From contig CAZCQM010000002.1 of NCBI GenBank assembly GCA_964500785.1, positions 1 through 36,263 of the forward strand: a stretch of 36,263 bases of DNA. The letters are read 5' to 3'. Source of the stretch: an uncultured bacterium (GTDB lineage Bacteria > Krumholzibacteriota > Krumholzibacteriia > WVZY01 > JAKEHA01). Below are positions 29,111 through 36,263 of this stretch, in pieces (the stretch's first letter is position 1; each line of letters begins with the position of its first letter). A model generated the notes under the pieces. The model was not told the DNA's origin and ran no database searches. It worked only from the letters and a program-made list of their open reading frames with translations. Position numbers and translations under genes: made by a program.

Positions 29111-30090
29111 GTTTCGTAGGTCCGGACGATTATCGCCGTGTCGCGCACGTGTTTCAAGCGATTTTGCAGTTCCGTGTTCAATGATCGCGAGCGCAGCATG
29201 GACTCGATCCGCGGCTTTTCTTCGTCGTAGGTGGCCGGGTGCGCGGTCTTGCGATCGATGCACTGGATCAGATGCAACCCGAACTGGGTCTCGACCACGG
29301 GGCTGATCTGCCCCTTCTTTAGCGCGAACGCCGCGTCCTCGAATGGCTGCACCATCATCCCCCGCGGGAAATAGCCCAGGTCGCCGCCATTGCTGGCCGC
29401 GCCGTCCTGCGAATACTCCCGCGCCAGATTGGCGAAGCTCTCGCCGCCCACCGCGCGCTTGCGGATATCGGTCATCAGTGCCCGACGCGCCGCTTTCGTG
29501 GAGTCGGTATCGTCGGGTTTGCTGAGCAGAATGATGTGGCGCGCATGCACGCTGTCCTGCGGCGCCAGCTGGTCCTTGTGCTGATCGAAGAACGCGCGGC
29601 TGTCGTCATCGCTGACCTCGATCGACGGCTGAACGGTATTCATGACGTACGATCGGATCATGACGTCGCGACGGAACGAGCGCATGAAATCGTCGCGGCT
29701 GAGCGCCATCTGGGCGAGCACGTGGTCGGCACCCTCTTCTCCTCCCACGCTCTGCACGAACTGGTCCATGATGCCCTGGAGCAGCGTGTCGGGAGCGGTG
29801 GCACCCGCCTCACGGGCCTCCTGCGAGAACGCGACGCGGTCGATCATCTGGTCGAGGAGCCCGAGATTGAACGAACGACTGTGGAGCGAATCCTGGGTCG
29901 CCGGCGTGGTCGTGTACGCGAGAACCTTGAGGTCTGCGCCCGTGATGGGATCGGAGTTAACAGTCGCAACGACTTCGTCGTTGACGAGGGAATCGGGGAA
30001 CGCATGCGCTGCGCTCTCCTTCTTCTTGGAGCAGCCGAGCGCGAGCCCGACCGCGAGCGCGGCCACCAGCACCGGTCGAATCGATTTCAT
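29101..30090 (-). CDS. parvulin-type peptidyl-prolyl cis-trans isomerase lipoprotein (SurA/PrsA-like)
   Basis: ORF 29101..30150, with the likely start at ATG 30090 after AAGGA. Lipobox LALGC. Parvulin block: HARHIILL...ESFANLAREYSQDGAASNGGDLGYFPRGMMVQPFEDAAFALKKGQISPVVETQFGLHLI. Confidence 0.85.
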   Translation of the reverse strand: MKSIRPVLVAALAVGLALGCSKKKESAAHAFPDSLVNDEVVATVNSDPITGADLKVLAYTTTPATQDSLHSRSFNLGLLDQMIDRVAFSQEAREAGATAPDTLLQGIMDQFVQSVGGEEGADHVLAQMALSRDDFMRSFRRDVMIRSYVMNTVQPSIEVSDDDSRAFFDQHKDQLAPQDSVHARHIILLSKPDDTDSTKAARRALMTDIRKRAVGGESFANLAREYSQDGAASNGGDLGYFPRGMMVQPFEDAAFALKKGQISPVVETQFGLHLIQCIDRKTAHPATYDEEKPRIESMLRSRSLNTELQNRLKHVRDTAIIVRTYETGA

Positions 30091-30160
30091 GATGATCGTC
30101 CTTTGATTGGGGTAACGGCGAATAATAACAAACGGTCCGCTTCCCCGCAACGGCCGTCCC

Positions 30161-30832
30161 TCAGCGATGCCGCGTCACGCCCTTTCGGGGGCATCCCGCC
30201 CCGACCGGGCACGCCGAGCAACGGGGGGATGTGGGCGTGCAGACGCGCTGTCCAAATCCCACCAGGGTCTCGTTGAGTCCGATCCACAGGCGCTTCGGGA
30301 CCACCTTCATCAGGGCCTGCTCGGTCTGGGCGGGCGTCCGCGTCCGTACCCAGCCCAGGCGGTTGGAGATGCGGTGAACGTGGATATCCACGCAGATGGC
30401 CGGATGCCCGTAGCCGAGAGAAACGACCAGTGCGGCGGTCTTGCGCCCGACGCCCTTGAATGTGAGCAGATCCTCCATCGTGTCCGGCACCCGTCCGCGA
30501 TAGTCCGCGTCGATGCGGCGCGCGACATCTCGGATGGTACGCGACTTGGTGCGATAGAACCCGACCGGGTAGATCGCCTTCGCGATGGTCCGGGGATCGA
30601 GCCGCGCCAGGGCGTGCGGCGTCGACGCCAGCGAGAACAACCGCTCCGATGCGGCGTCGGTCACCTCGTCCCTGGTGCGCAGGCTGAGGAGCGTGGATAT
30701 CAGAATGCGAAACGGGTCGCGATCACGCCGTGCGATCTCCGAGACGGACGGCAACGGTGCCGCGCCCAGCGAGCGCCGCATCGCGGCGAGGGTGCGCCCG
30801 ACGGGCGGGCGGGTGGATGATTTCGTGGCCAT
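30161..30832 (-). CDS. nth: endonuclease III (DNA glycosylase/AP lyase)
   Basis: ORF 30161..30871, with the likely start at ATG 30832. HhH-GPD: LLTFKGVGRKTAALV...VDIHVHRISNRLG. C-terminal 4Fe-4S cluster: CTPTSPRCSACPVGAGC. Confidence 0.9.
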   Translation of the reverse strand: MATKSSTRPPVGRTLAAMRRSLGAAPLPSVSEIARRDRDPFRILISTLLSLRTRDEVTDAASERLFSLASTPHALARLDPRTIAKAIYPVGFYRTKSRTIRDVARRIDADYRGRVPDTMEDLLTFKGVGRKTAALVVSLGYGHPAICVDIHVHRISNRLGWVRTRTPAQTEQALMKVVPKRLWIGLNETLVGFGQRVCTPTSPRCSACPVGAGCPRKGVTRHR

Positions 30833-30862
30833 TCGTTGACGATAGCGGGACGAGGTGCGACA

Positions 30863-31222
30863 ATGCGCCACTATACCATGGCTGCCAAAACCCGCTCCAG
30901 GACTCCAGCGCGAACCGCGCGCCGCGCACCGGCCCGTGCCGACGGCGCCGCCATGGCCCGCACGCGCACGCGTCTCGACGCGAAGCGCGCGCGCCGCCGC
31001 AAGAAAATGCTATGGGCGCACTACTGGCTCCTGTGTCCGAAGTGCGGCGGCGACATGTTCGTGCAGGAGACGATGAATATCCGCTACGAAGTCTGCCGTG
31101 ACTGCCACGGTATCGCCATCGACGGCGACGAGCTGGCCCTGCTTCTCACTCACCTCGATGCGGACAAGGCGCTGCGCGCCATCCTCAAGAAATCCCGCAA
31201 GCCGGACACAACCGAGGTCTAG
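30863..31222 (+). CDS. zinc-ribbon protein (zf-TFIIB-like) with Arg-rich N-terminus
   Basis: ORF 30836..31222. CPKCGGDM...VCRDCHGIAIDGDELALLL is the typical CxxC...CxxCxG-hWhD-xxEL ribbon. ATG 30863 follows GAGGTG. A shorter product from ATG 31007 is possible. Confidence 0.6.
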   Translation: MRHYTMAAKTRSRTPARTARRAPARADGAAMARTRTRLDAKRARRRKKMLWAHYWLLCPKCGGDMFVQETMNIRYEVCRDCHGIAIDGDELALLLTHLDADKALRAILKKSRKPDTTEV

Positions 31223-31265
31223 ACGACACCGTCGCGTCCGGGCCGTGCGATCACCTGCCGGGGAG

Positions 31266-31622
31266 CTATCGGAACTCGACCGGTACGACGACGACGCCGG
31301 GCACCGCCCGGCCGTCCCGGCGCGCGGGTTTGAAGCGGAACTGGCGGGCCGCGTCGATGGCGGCATCGTTGAACATGGCGTCGGTGCTTTCGATCACCAC
31401 CACGTCGGAAACCGTTCCGTCTGTTTTCACGAAGACGCGCAGCGTCACCTTTCCGGTGACGTTGTTCTCCTTTGCGTACTTCGGGTATTCCGGCTCGATG
31501 AATTTGACGAGCGTCGGTGGCGTGTCAAAGGCGTCGTCGCCGGAAGACGGCTGCGGCGAAGGCGACGCGCACCCGAACAGAGCTACAAGCAGCACCGGCA
31601 GGATTACCGCGTGTGCGCGCAT
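31266..31622 (-). CDS. TonB C-terminal-domain lipoprotein
   Basis: ORF 31266..31811, with the credible start at ATG 31622 (MRAHAVILPVLLVALFGCAS, lipobox). TonB_C block: PEYPKYAKENNVTGKVTLRVFVKTDGTVSDVVVIESTDAMFNDAAIDAARQFRFKPA. Confidence 0.8.
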   Translation of the reverse strand: MRAHAVILPVLLVALFGCASPSPQPSSGDDAFDTPPTLVKFIEPEYPKYAKENNVTGKVTLRVFVKTDGTVSDVVVIESTDAMFNDAAIDAARQFRFKPARRDGRAVPGVVVVPVEFR

Positions 31623-31629
31623 GCGGGGC

Positions 31630-32448
31630 TCAGGGCTTGAATCCGATCGTGACCACGTATTCGCCGGGAATCTCGAACTTCCCGTCGCGATGGTAGGGCT
31701 TGATGGACTCGATGTATTCTTCGTGCGCGGAGTCACGCGTGGCGTCGTCGAAACGCGAATAGGCCATCGCCACCGGCCCGCCGGCGAAGGCGGCGCGACA
31801 GGCGTCGTCATCCGTCTCGTAGTCGAGGGTCACCGAGAGGCGTTCGCTGCGCACGTTCTCGAATCCCGCTGTCTCGAACAACGTCTTCTGAACGTCGCCC
31901 GTGCCGAGCTGGAAGAACATCGGGCACACGTCGGTGTTGACGCGGCGCTGCACCACTTCGAAGATCTCCGCCCATCCGCAGCGGTCGCGGCGCCCCCACA
32001 CGGCCGAGACGGCCCGCCCGCCGGGGCGCGTGGCGCGGAACATCTCGCGGATGCCCGCCTGGAAGTCGACCACGTACATCATCCCCAGGCCGCACAGAAC
32101 GGCGTCGAAGGCGCCGTCGGGAACGGTAAGTTCCTCGGCTACCATGCGCTCGAACGTCGCCTGCGTGACGCCGCGTTCGACCGCGATGCGCCGTCCCTGG
32201 GCGACCATCTCGTCGGAGATGTCGCTGCCCAGCACGGAGCCGGATGCGCCGATGGCGTCGGCCGCCCGGAAGGTCACCAGACCGGTTCCGCACGCGACGT
32301 CGAGGACGCGCTCGCCGGGCCGGAGATCCGCCAGCGACATCAGCAGATCCTGCGCCGGCGCCAGCTGTCGCTGCCAGCTATCCTCGTAGTACGAAGCGGC
32401 GCGGTCCCAGCCGTACCGTTGAACGCGGTGTTGAAGGCGCGGCTCCAT
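31630..32448 (-). CDS. class I SAM-dependent methyltransferase
   Basis: SAM motif I is VLDVACGTGL. The acidic motif II and post-I blocks are GSDISDEM and FDAVLCGLGMMYV. Confidence 0.85.
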   Translation of the reverse strand: MEPRLQHRVQRYGWDRAASYYEDSWQRQLAPAQDLLMSLADLRPGERVLDVACGTGLVTFRAADAIGASGSVLGSDISDEMVAQGRRIAVERGVTQATFERMVAEELTVPDGAFDAVLCGLGMMYVVDFQAGIREMFRATRPGGRAVSAVWGRRDRCGWAEIFEVVQRRVNTDVCPMFFQLGTGDVQKTLFETAGFENVRSERLSVTLDYETDDDACRAAFAGGPVAMAYSRFDDATRDSAHEEYIESIKPYHRDGKFEIPGEYVVTIGFKP

Positions 32449-32452
32449 GGCG

Positions 32453-33016
32453 TCACGTCCCCGGGCGCGAGACGGTCAGGGAGCGCACGAGCCGGTGTGC
32501 ACGCCCGAAGACATCGCCCACCATGCTGGAACGATCGGCCGCGTCGACGACGCGGCGAACGTCGGCCTCCGGCGCCGAACTCTCGATGTGCACCTGATAG
32601 CGCACTTCGCTGTACCCGGGCGGGATGCCTTCGACGCCGTGCTGGCCGCGGGCGTCGAAATCGGCGTGGATCTCCACTTCGACCCGGGATACCGGCACGC
32701 CGAGGTGCGCGGCCCAGGTGACGTATCCCATGGCGTAGCATGCGGCGAGGGCCGAACGGACCACGAAGCCCGGATCGGGCCCGGCGCCGCTGCCGCCCGA
32801 CTTCTCGCTGGCGTCGATGGTGGTGGTCCAGCGTCCTTCGCTGATCTCGCACCGGAGGCCTTCGACGATGCGCGCCCTGGTGACGGCCGTCTTCTGGCCC
32901 ATCGCCGGGCGCAGTTCGATGGCGCGCCCGTTCCGCTCGAAGGCGCTCTTGATTCGTTCGGTGGTTTCGGGTGTGTCCATGCCGGGCAGGATAGCATGCT
33001 CCGCGGCGCCCGTCAT
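32453..33016 (-). CDS. OsmC/Ohr-family peroxiredoxin-like protein
   Basis: ORF 32453..33169. OsmC-type blocks: GAGPDPGFVVRSALAACYAMG and a C-terminal ...RSSMVGDVF. ATG 33016 follows GGAAGG; ATG 32980 is an alternative start. Confidence 0.7.
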   Translation of the reverse strand: MTGAAEHAILPGMDTPETTERIKSAFERNGRAIELRPAMGQKTAVTRARIVEGLRCEISEGRWTTTIDASEKSGGSGAGPDPGFVVRSALAACYAMGYVTWAAHLGVPVSRVEVEIHADFDARGQHGVEGIPPGYSEVRYQVHIESSAPEADVRRVVDAADRSSMVGDVFGRAHRLVRSLTVSRPGT

Positions 33017-33364
33017 GGGCCTTCCGGCCCGCGGGGCGCGCTCGCGATCGGGCGTTGGTTGGCCGTCGGGGGCGGATACGGAACGACGCCGCGGAACGTA
33101 GGTGCAGTCAGAGGATTCCTCCCGTCGCAGGACGGGATGTGGTTTTCCGCGGCGTCGTCCGACATCCATGGTGCGGGAGCCGATGTTCGATCTGCTTCAG
33201 GTCTATAGCGTTAGCCGTCCCGACCATCGTCATCATAGGCAATCCCGGATCGCCCGTCTGTTAACCGGCTCACAGAACGCCGTTTTGCGTATACTCCATG
33301 GACGGGGGGTCTCGGGGAGTGGCGTTCATCGACGACACCCGGCGATCCCCCGGGGAGATTGACC

Positions 33365-34051
33365 ATGGCCTGGCACCTGCAACAGTTCAGCATATTCGAC
33401 CATTTGGACCGCGACACGCTGGAAAGCGTGACGCGCATTCTGCGCGTGCGCGAGTTCAAGAAGCGCGACCCGATCTTTCTGCCCTGCAACGAGCCCAAGA
33501 ATCTGTATTTCCTCCTCAACGGCCGGGTGAAGATCACGCGAACCGATCCCGCCACCGGCAAGGACCTGATTCTCTTCATCATCCGTCCCGGCGAGCTCTT
33601 CGGACTGCTCCCGCGCATGGACGGCACGAAGCGCGGCAACACCAGCGCCGTGGCGCTCCAGCGCTCCCTCGTCGGCTACATACAGTCCCGCGATTTTGAC
33701 CGGTTGATGCAGAACCATGAATTCGCGATGGAGATCAACAAGCTGGTGGGGGAGAGGCTGGTGCGTGTCGCTACCCGCCTCGACGAACTCGTGTTCCGCG
33801 ACGTGCCCTCGCGGCTCTCGCGCCTGTTGCTCCGGCTCGCCGACGAGTTCCCGTCCGAGCACAACGGCGCCCGTGCCATCGACGTCACGCTCACCCAGCA
33901 GGACATCGCCGACCTGATCGGGTCCACGCGAGAGAGCGCCAACATCGCGCTGAATCATCTCAGGCGCCAGGGGCTCATCGACCTGAACCGGCGCAGAATC
34001 ATCATTCGTGAGCCGGACAAGCTCTCCCAGATCGCGACCGACCACGCATAG
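33365..34051 (+). CDS. Crp/Fnr-family transcriptional regulator
   Basis: cNMP-binding-like beta-barrel (LYFLLNGRVKITRTDPATGKDLILFIIRPGELFG) and a C-terminal HTH (LTQQDIADLIGSTRESANIALNHLRRQGLI). ATG 33365 follows GGGGAG. Confidence 0.9.
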   Translation: MAWHLQQFSIFDHLDRDTLESVTRILRVREFKKRDPIFLPCNEPKNLYFLLNGRVKITRTDPATGKDLILFIIRPGELFGLLPRMDGTKRGNTSAVALQRSLVGYIQSRDFDRLMQNHEFAMEINKLVGERLVRVATRLDELVFRDVPSRLSRLLLRLADEFPSEHNGARAIDVTLTQQDIADLIGSTRESANIALNHLRRQGLIDLNRRRIIIREPDKLSQIATDHA

Positions 34052-34108
34052 GCCCCTGTTCCGCCGCACGAAGTTCGTCCGGACGCTGCGAGCGGAGGCT
34101 TACTCTCT

Positions 34109-34372
34109 TCACGACCCCCCACCCCTGGTGGGGTCGGAGGACGACCCTTCCGCGTCCAGCGCGTGGAGCGAATCGAGAATCTCGCTGAGGGCGCTGGGCG
34201 TGCGCGCGATCATGTTCTCCTCCTGTGCCACCTCGAGCAGGCGTGCGTCGTACTCCCAGCGCTTCAGAACGCGGATCTTATCCTCGCGCGACAGGTCCAC
34301 GTCCGCGAGGACATCTCTCGGTCTGCTGAAGCAGGCGGCTGGATTGTCGATGGCTCTCTGGATCGTGGTCAT
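34109..34372 (-). CDS. hypothetical 87-aa protein
   Basis: Complete ORF with GGGAGG 5-7 nt upstream of the ATG. Acidic and helical, with no motif I recognise. Confidence 0.6.
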   Translation of the reverse strand: MTTIQRAIDNPAACFSRPRDVLADVDLSREDKIRVLKRWEYDARLLEVAQEENMIARTPSALSEILDSLHALDAEGSSSDPTRGGGS

Positions 34373-34415
34373 GGATACCTCCCACCTTCACGATGGGCCC
34401 GGCGAGAGCCGTACG

Positions 34416-34433
34416 CTGTGAAACAGGTCACAG
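34416..34433. promoter_or_regulatory. CRP/FNR-type operator (perfect TGTGA-N6-TCACA palindrome)
   Basis: CTGTGAaacaggTCACAG, with 6-bp perfect arms. It lies in the divergent gap between the 87-aa ORF (ATG 34372) and the PRC-barrel gene (ATG 34557), one gene away from the Crp/Fnr regulator. Confidence 0.6.
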
Positions 34434-34556
34434 CACCGCCCCACGATCTCGTTTCCCCGAGGCAGGCGGGATGTGAGCCGTCACACAGAGATCACGGGCG
34501 GTCGTGACGCATATTCGATTCAGAACACAGAATGTCCAGACAGGAGGTGTTTCTTG

Positions 34557-35309
34557 ATGCTACGAAGCGTCGATGACCTGAACAACTATACGCTCATGGC
34601 CCGCGATGGCGAGATCGGCCGGTGCAGGGACTTTCTTTTCGACGACGCCATGTGGGCGATCCGATACATGGTCGCCGACACCGGCAAATGGCTGCCCCGC
34701 CGGAAGGTCCTCATCTCTCCCGTATCGCTCGGCGACGCCGATTTCGCGGCCCACCACCTGCGCGTGGCTCTCGAGAAGGAGCAGATCAAGAAGAGCCCCG
34801 AAATCTCGGAGCACGAGCCCGTGTCACGGCGGCAAGAGAAGGAGATTCACGACTTCTTCGGCTGGGATCCGTACTGGACGGCGCCCGTACTGGGACGCCC
34901 GTCGGCGTTTCCGCCCGCCATGTTGAAGCAGGCGCGCGAAACCGCGACCGCGGTGGAGACGAAGGACACCGACAACGACTCTCACCTTCGCTCCGTGCAG
35001 GAAGTGAAGGGCTACCATATCCATGCCCGGGACGGGAAGATCGGCCACGTGGAGGACTTCATCGTCGACGACGAGACGTGGGTGATCCGTTACGTCGTCG
35101 TGGATACGCGCAACCTGCTTCCAGGGCGAAAAGTCCTGATCGCGCCCAAATGGGTGGACTCGGTGAACTGGGGCGGACAAACGATGCACATCGATCTGCC
35201 GAAGGAGCGCATCAAGAACGGACCCACCTACGACCCGACCGCTCCGGTGAACCGGGAGATCGAAGCACGGCTGTACGACTACTACGGACGCCCCACGTAC
35301 TGGTTGTAG
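34557..35309 (+). CDS. PRC-barrel domain protein (two PRC barrels)
   Basis: ORF 34473..35309, with ATG 34557 nine nt after AGGAGG. The repeated pattern is Y.L.ARDGEIGRCRDFLFDDAMWAIRYMVADTGKWLPRRKVLISP and YHIHARDGKIGHVEDFIVDDETWVIRYVVVDTRNLLPGRKVLIAP. Confidence 0.85.
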   Translation: MLRSVDDLNNYTLMARDGEIGRCRDFLFDDAMWAIRYMVADTGKWLPRRKVLISPVSLGDADFAAHHLRVALEKEQIKKSPEISEHEPVSRRQEKEIHDFFGWDPYWTAPVLGRPSAFPPAMLKQARETATAVETKDTDNDSHLRSVQEVKGYHIHARDGKIGHVEDFIVDDETWVIRYVVVDTRNLLPGRKVLIAPKWVDSVNWGGQTMHIDLPKERIKNGPTYDPTAPVNREIEARLYDYYGRPTYWL

Positions 35310-35328
35310 AGGCGAAGGACCGGCGGCC

Positions 35329-36263
35329 TCATCCGGCCGGAGGTTCGAACCCGAAGAGTTCGTAGACCGACGGGAGCATGAGCAGGAAGAGGAACGGGTA
35401 GCACTCGTAGTAGTCGCGCAGCTCGTCCAGGAATCCGAACCACAGCGCCGCCAGAACGAGTGGCACCAGAGTCAGCCCCAGGCCGAGACGCAGAAAGGCT
35501 GATTTCTCCTTCCAGCGGTGCCCGACGAAGAATCCGATCGCGACGGCGACGCCGAGGGTGATCAGGAAGCGCGTCGGCCACTCCCTGAACAACCACCCCG
35601 TATGGTCGGGGTGATGCTCCAGCATCACCCCGGGGTGGTTCGCGTAGAGTGCTGCGAGCGCCCCGCGGATCGCGCCCCATACCACGATCAGCGCCAGAAT
35701 ACGCCCCAGGTGCCACTTTCCATCCGTGATCCGCCCGTGAGCGGCGAAGACCGGTATCAGCAGAATCGACGTCTCTTTGTTGAGAGCCGCCACAGCAAAG
35801 GCAAGAGCGAACCACGCGAACCGTGGTGCCTTCAGCGCGAGCACGCACAGCGAGAACGTCAGCAGCGTTCCGGGATCGTAGAGGTAGCTGTAATACGAGA
35901 AGAACAACGGGAGGAAGAGCAACCCGACGAGCGGCGCCAGGTCGATGAGCACGGGTGGCAACGCATAGTAGCGTGCCGCCAGGGCTCGCAGGGTGAACGT
36001 GAAGGCCACCAGGTAGCCGAGCAGCACGACGAGCGCGATGGCGTAGTTGGAGAGCTGGTCGCGTTGCCAGCCGAGGATTCGAACCATGCGCCGGTCCTGG
36101 AGGGATGCGCCGACGCGGCGCTCGAGCGCATCGGGGACGATCGCCCGTACCGCGCGAATGGTTGCCGGCACCAGCACGCGGCCGACGTAGGGGCGTCCCG
36201 CGGTTCCCTCCACCTGCTCGGGAAAATCGGCCTGCGTGTGTCCCGTCAGCCCGGGGCGAACGA
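35329..36263 (-). CDS. polytopic integral membrane protein, function unknown; 5' end may lie outside the window
   Basis: ORF 35329..36213, but the frame remains open to the window edge upstream of GTG 36213. It has at least 8 hydrophobic helices, including AVAALNKETSILLIPVF. Confidence 0.7.
   Translation of the reverse strand, partial: VRPGLTGHTQADFPEQVEGTAGRPYVGRVLVPATIRAVRAIVPDALERRVGASLQDRRMVRILGWQRDQLSNYAIALVVLLGYLVAFTFTLRALAARYYALPPVLIDLAPLVGLLFLPLFFSYYSYLYDPGTLLTFSLCVLALKAPRFAWFALAFAVAALNKETSILLIPVFAAHGRITDGKWHLGRILALIVVWGAIRGALAALYANHPGVMLEHHPDHTGWLFREWPTRFLITLGVAVAIGFFVGHRWKEKSAFLRLGLGLTLVPLVLAALWFGFLDELRDYYECYPFLFLLMLPSVYELFGFEPPAG

Noticed and set aside
33121-33136. Hairpin CCCGTC-gcag-GACGGG upstream of the OsmC operon.
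   Set aside because: It is short and isolated. No gene reads into it on the strand where a weak T-run follows, and I found no matching operator elsewhere in the window.

Overview
This is a high-GC chromosomal segment; third codon positions are visibly G/C-dominated. The GT9 heptosyltransferase, TonB-C lipoprotein and lipobox PPIase suggest a diderm-type bacterium, but I cannot assign a phylum from sequence alone. I support about 33 protein genes, one tRNA-Val(CAC) and one ~1.2 kb IS element. I see no rRNA, no CRISPR array and no recognisable phage or defence cassette. Left third: housekeeping genes (S41 peptidase, tmk, a CDP-alcohol phosphatidyltransferase, rsmI, ltaE, HU), then an IS with inverted repeats and a flanking 6-bp direct repeat, then a translationally coupled preQ0 operon queD-queC-(DUF366-like)-queE-M50 peptidase. 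Middle: two large orphan helical-repeat/TPR proteins, a cspA-like gene, an FHA / metallophosphoesterase / Hanks-kinase operon, a GT9 gene and rsgA. Right third: ptsN, a COG1579-type zinc-ribbon protein, and a 1470-aa sigma54 activator with a pseudokinase-like, degenerate P-loop, TPR and GAF N-terminal extension. These are followed by nif3, a GT-C-like/TPR membrane protein, tRNA-Val, a parvulin PPIase and nth. The window ends with an OsmC-methyltransferase-TonB-C operon and a Crp/Fnr regulator beside a perfect TGTGA-N6-TCACA box. The best candidate for something undescribed is a sigma54-centred signalling island. Four -24/-12-type promoter motifs sit in front of the S41 peptidase, both orphan TPR proteins and the FHA/phosphatase/kinase operon, and the window also holds the unusual giant activator, ptsN and a zinc-ribbon protein from a family linked to RpoN. 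This is a hypothesis from motif reading, not a demonstrated system. ORF starts were re-evaluated because the track uses the longest ATG/GTG/TTG ORF. Motif coordinates are anchored to ORF-track frames but could be off by 1-2 nt.
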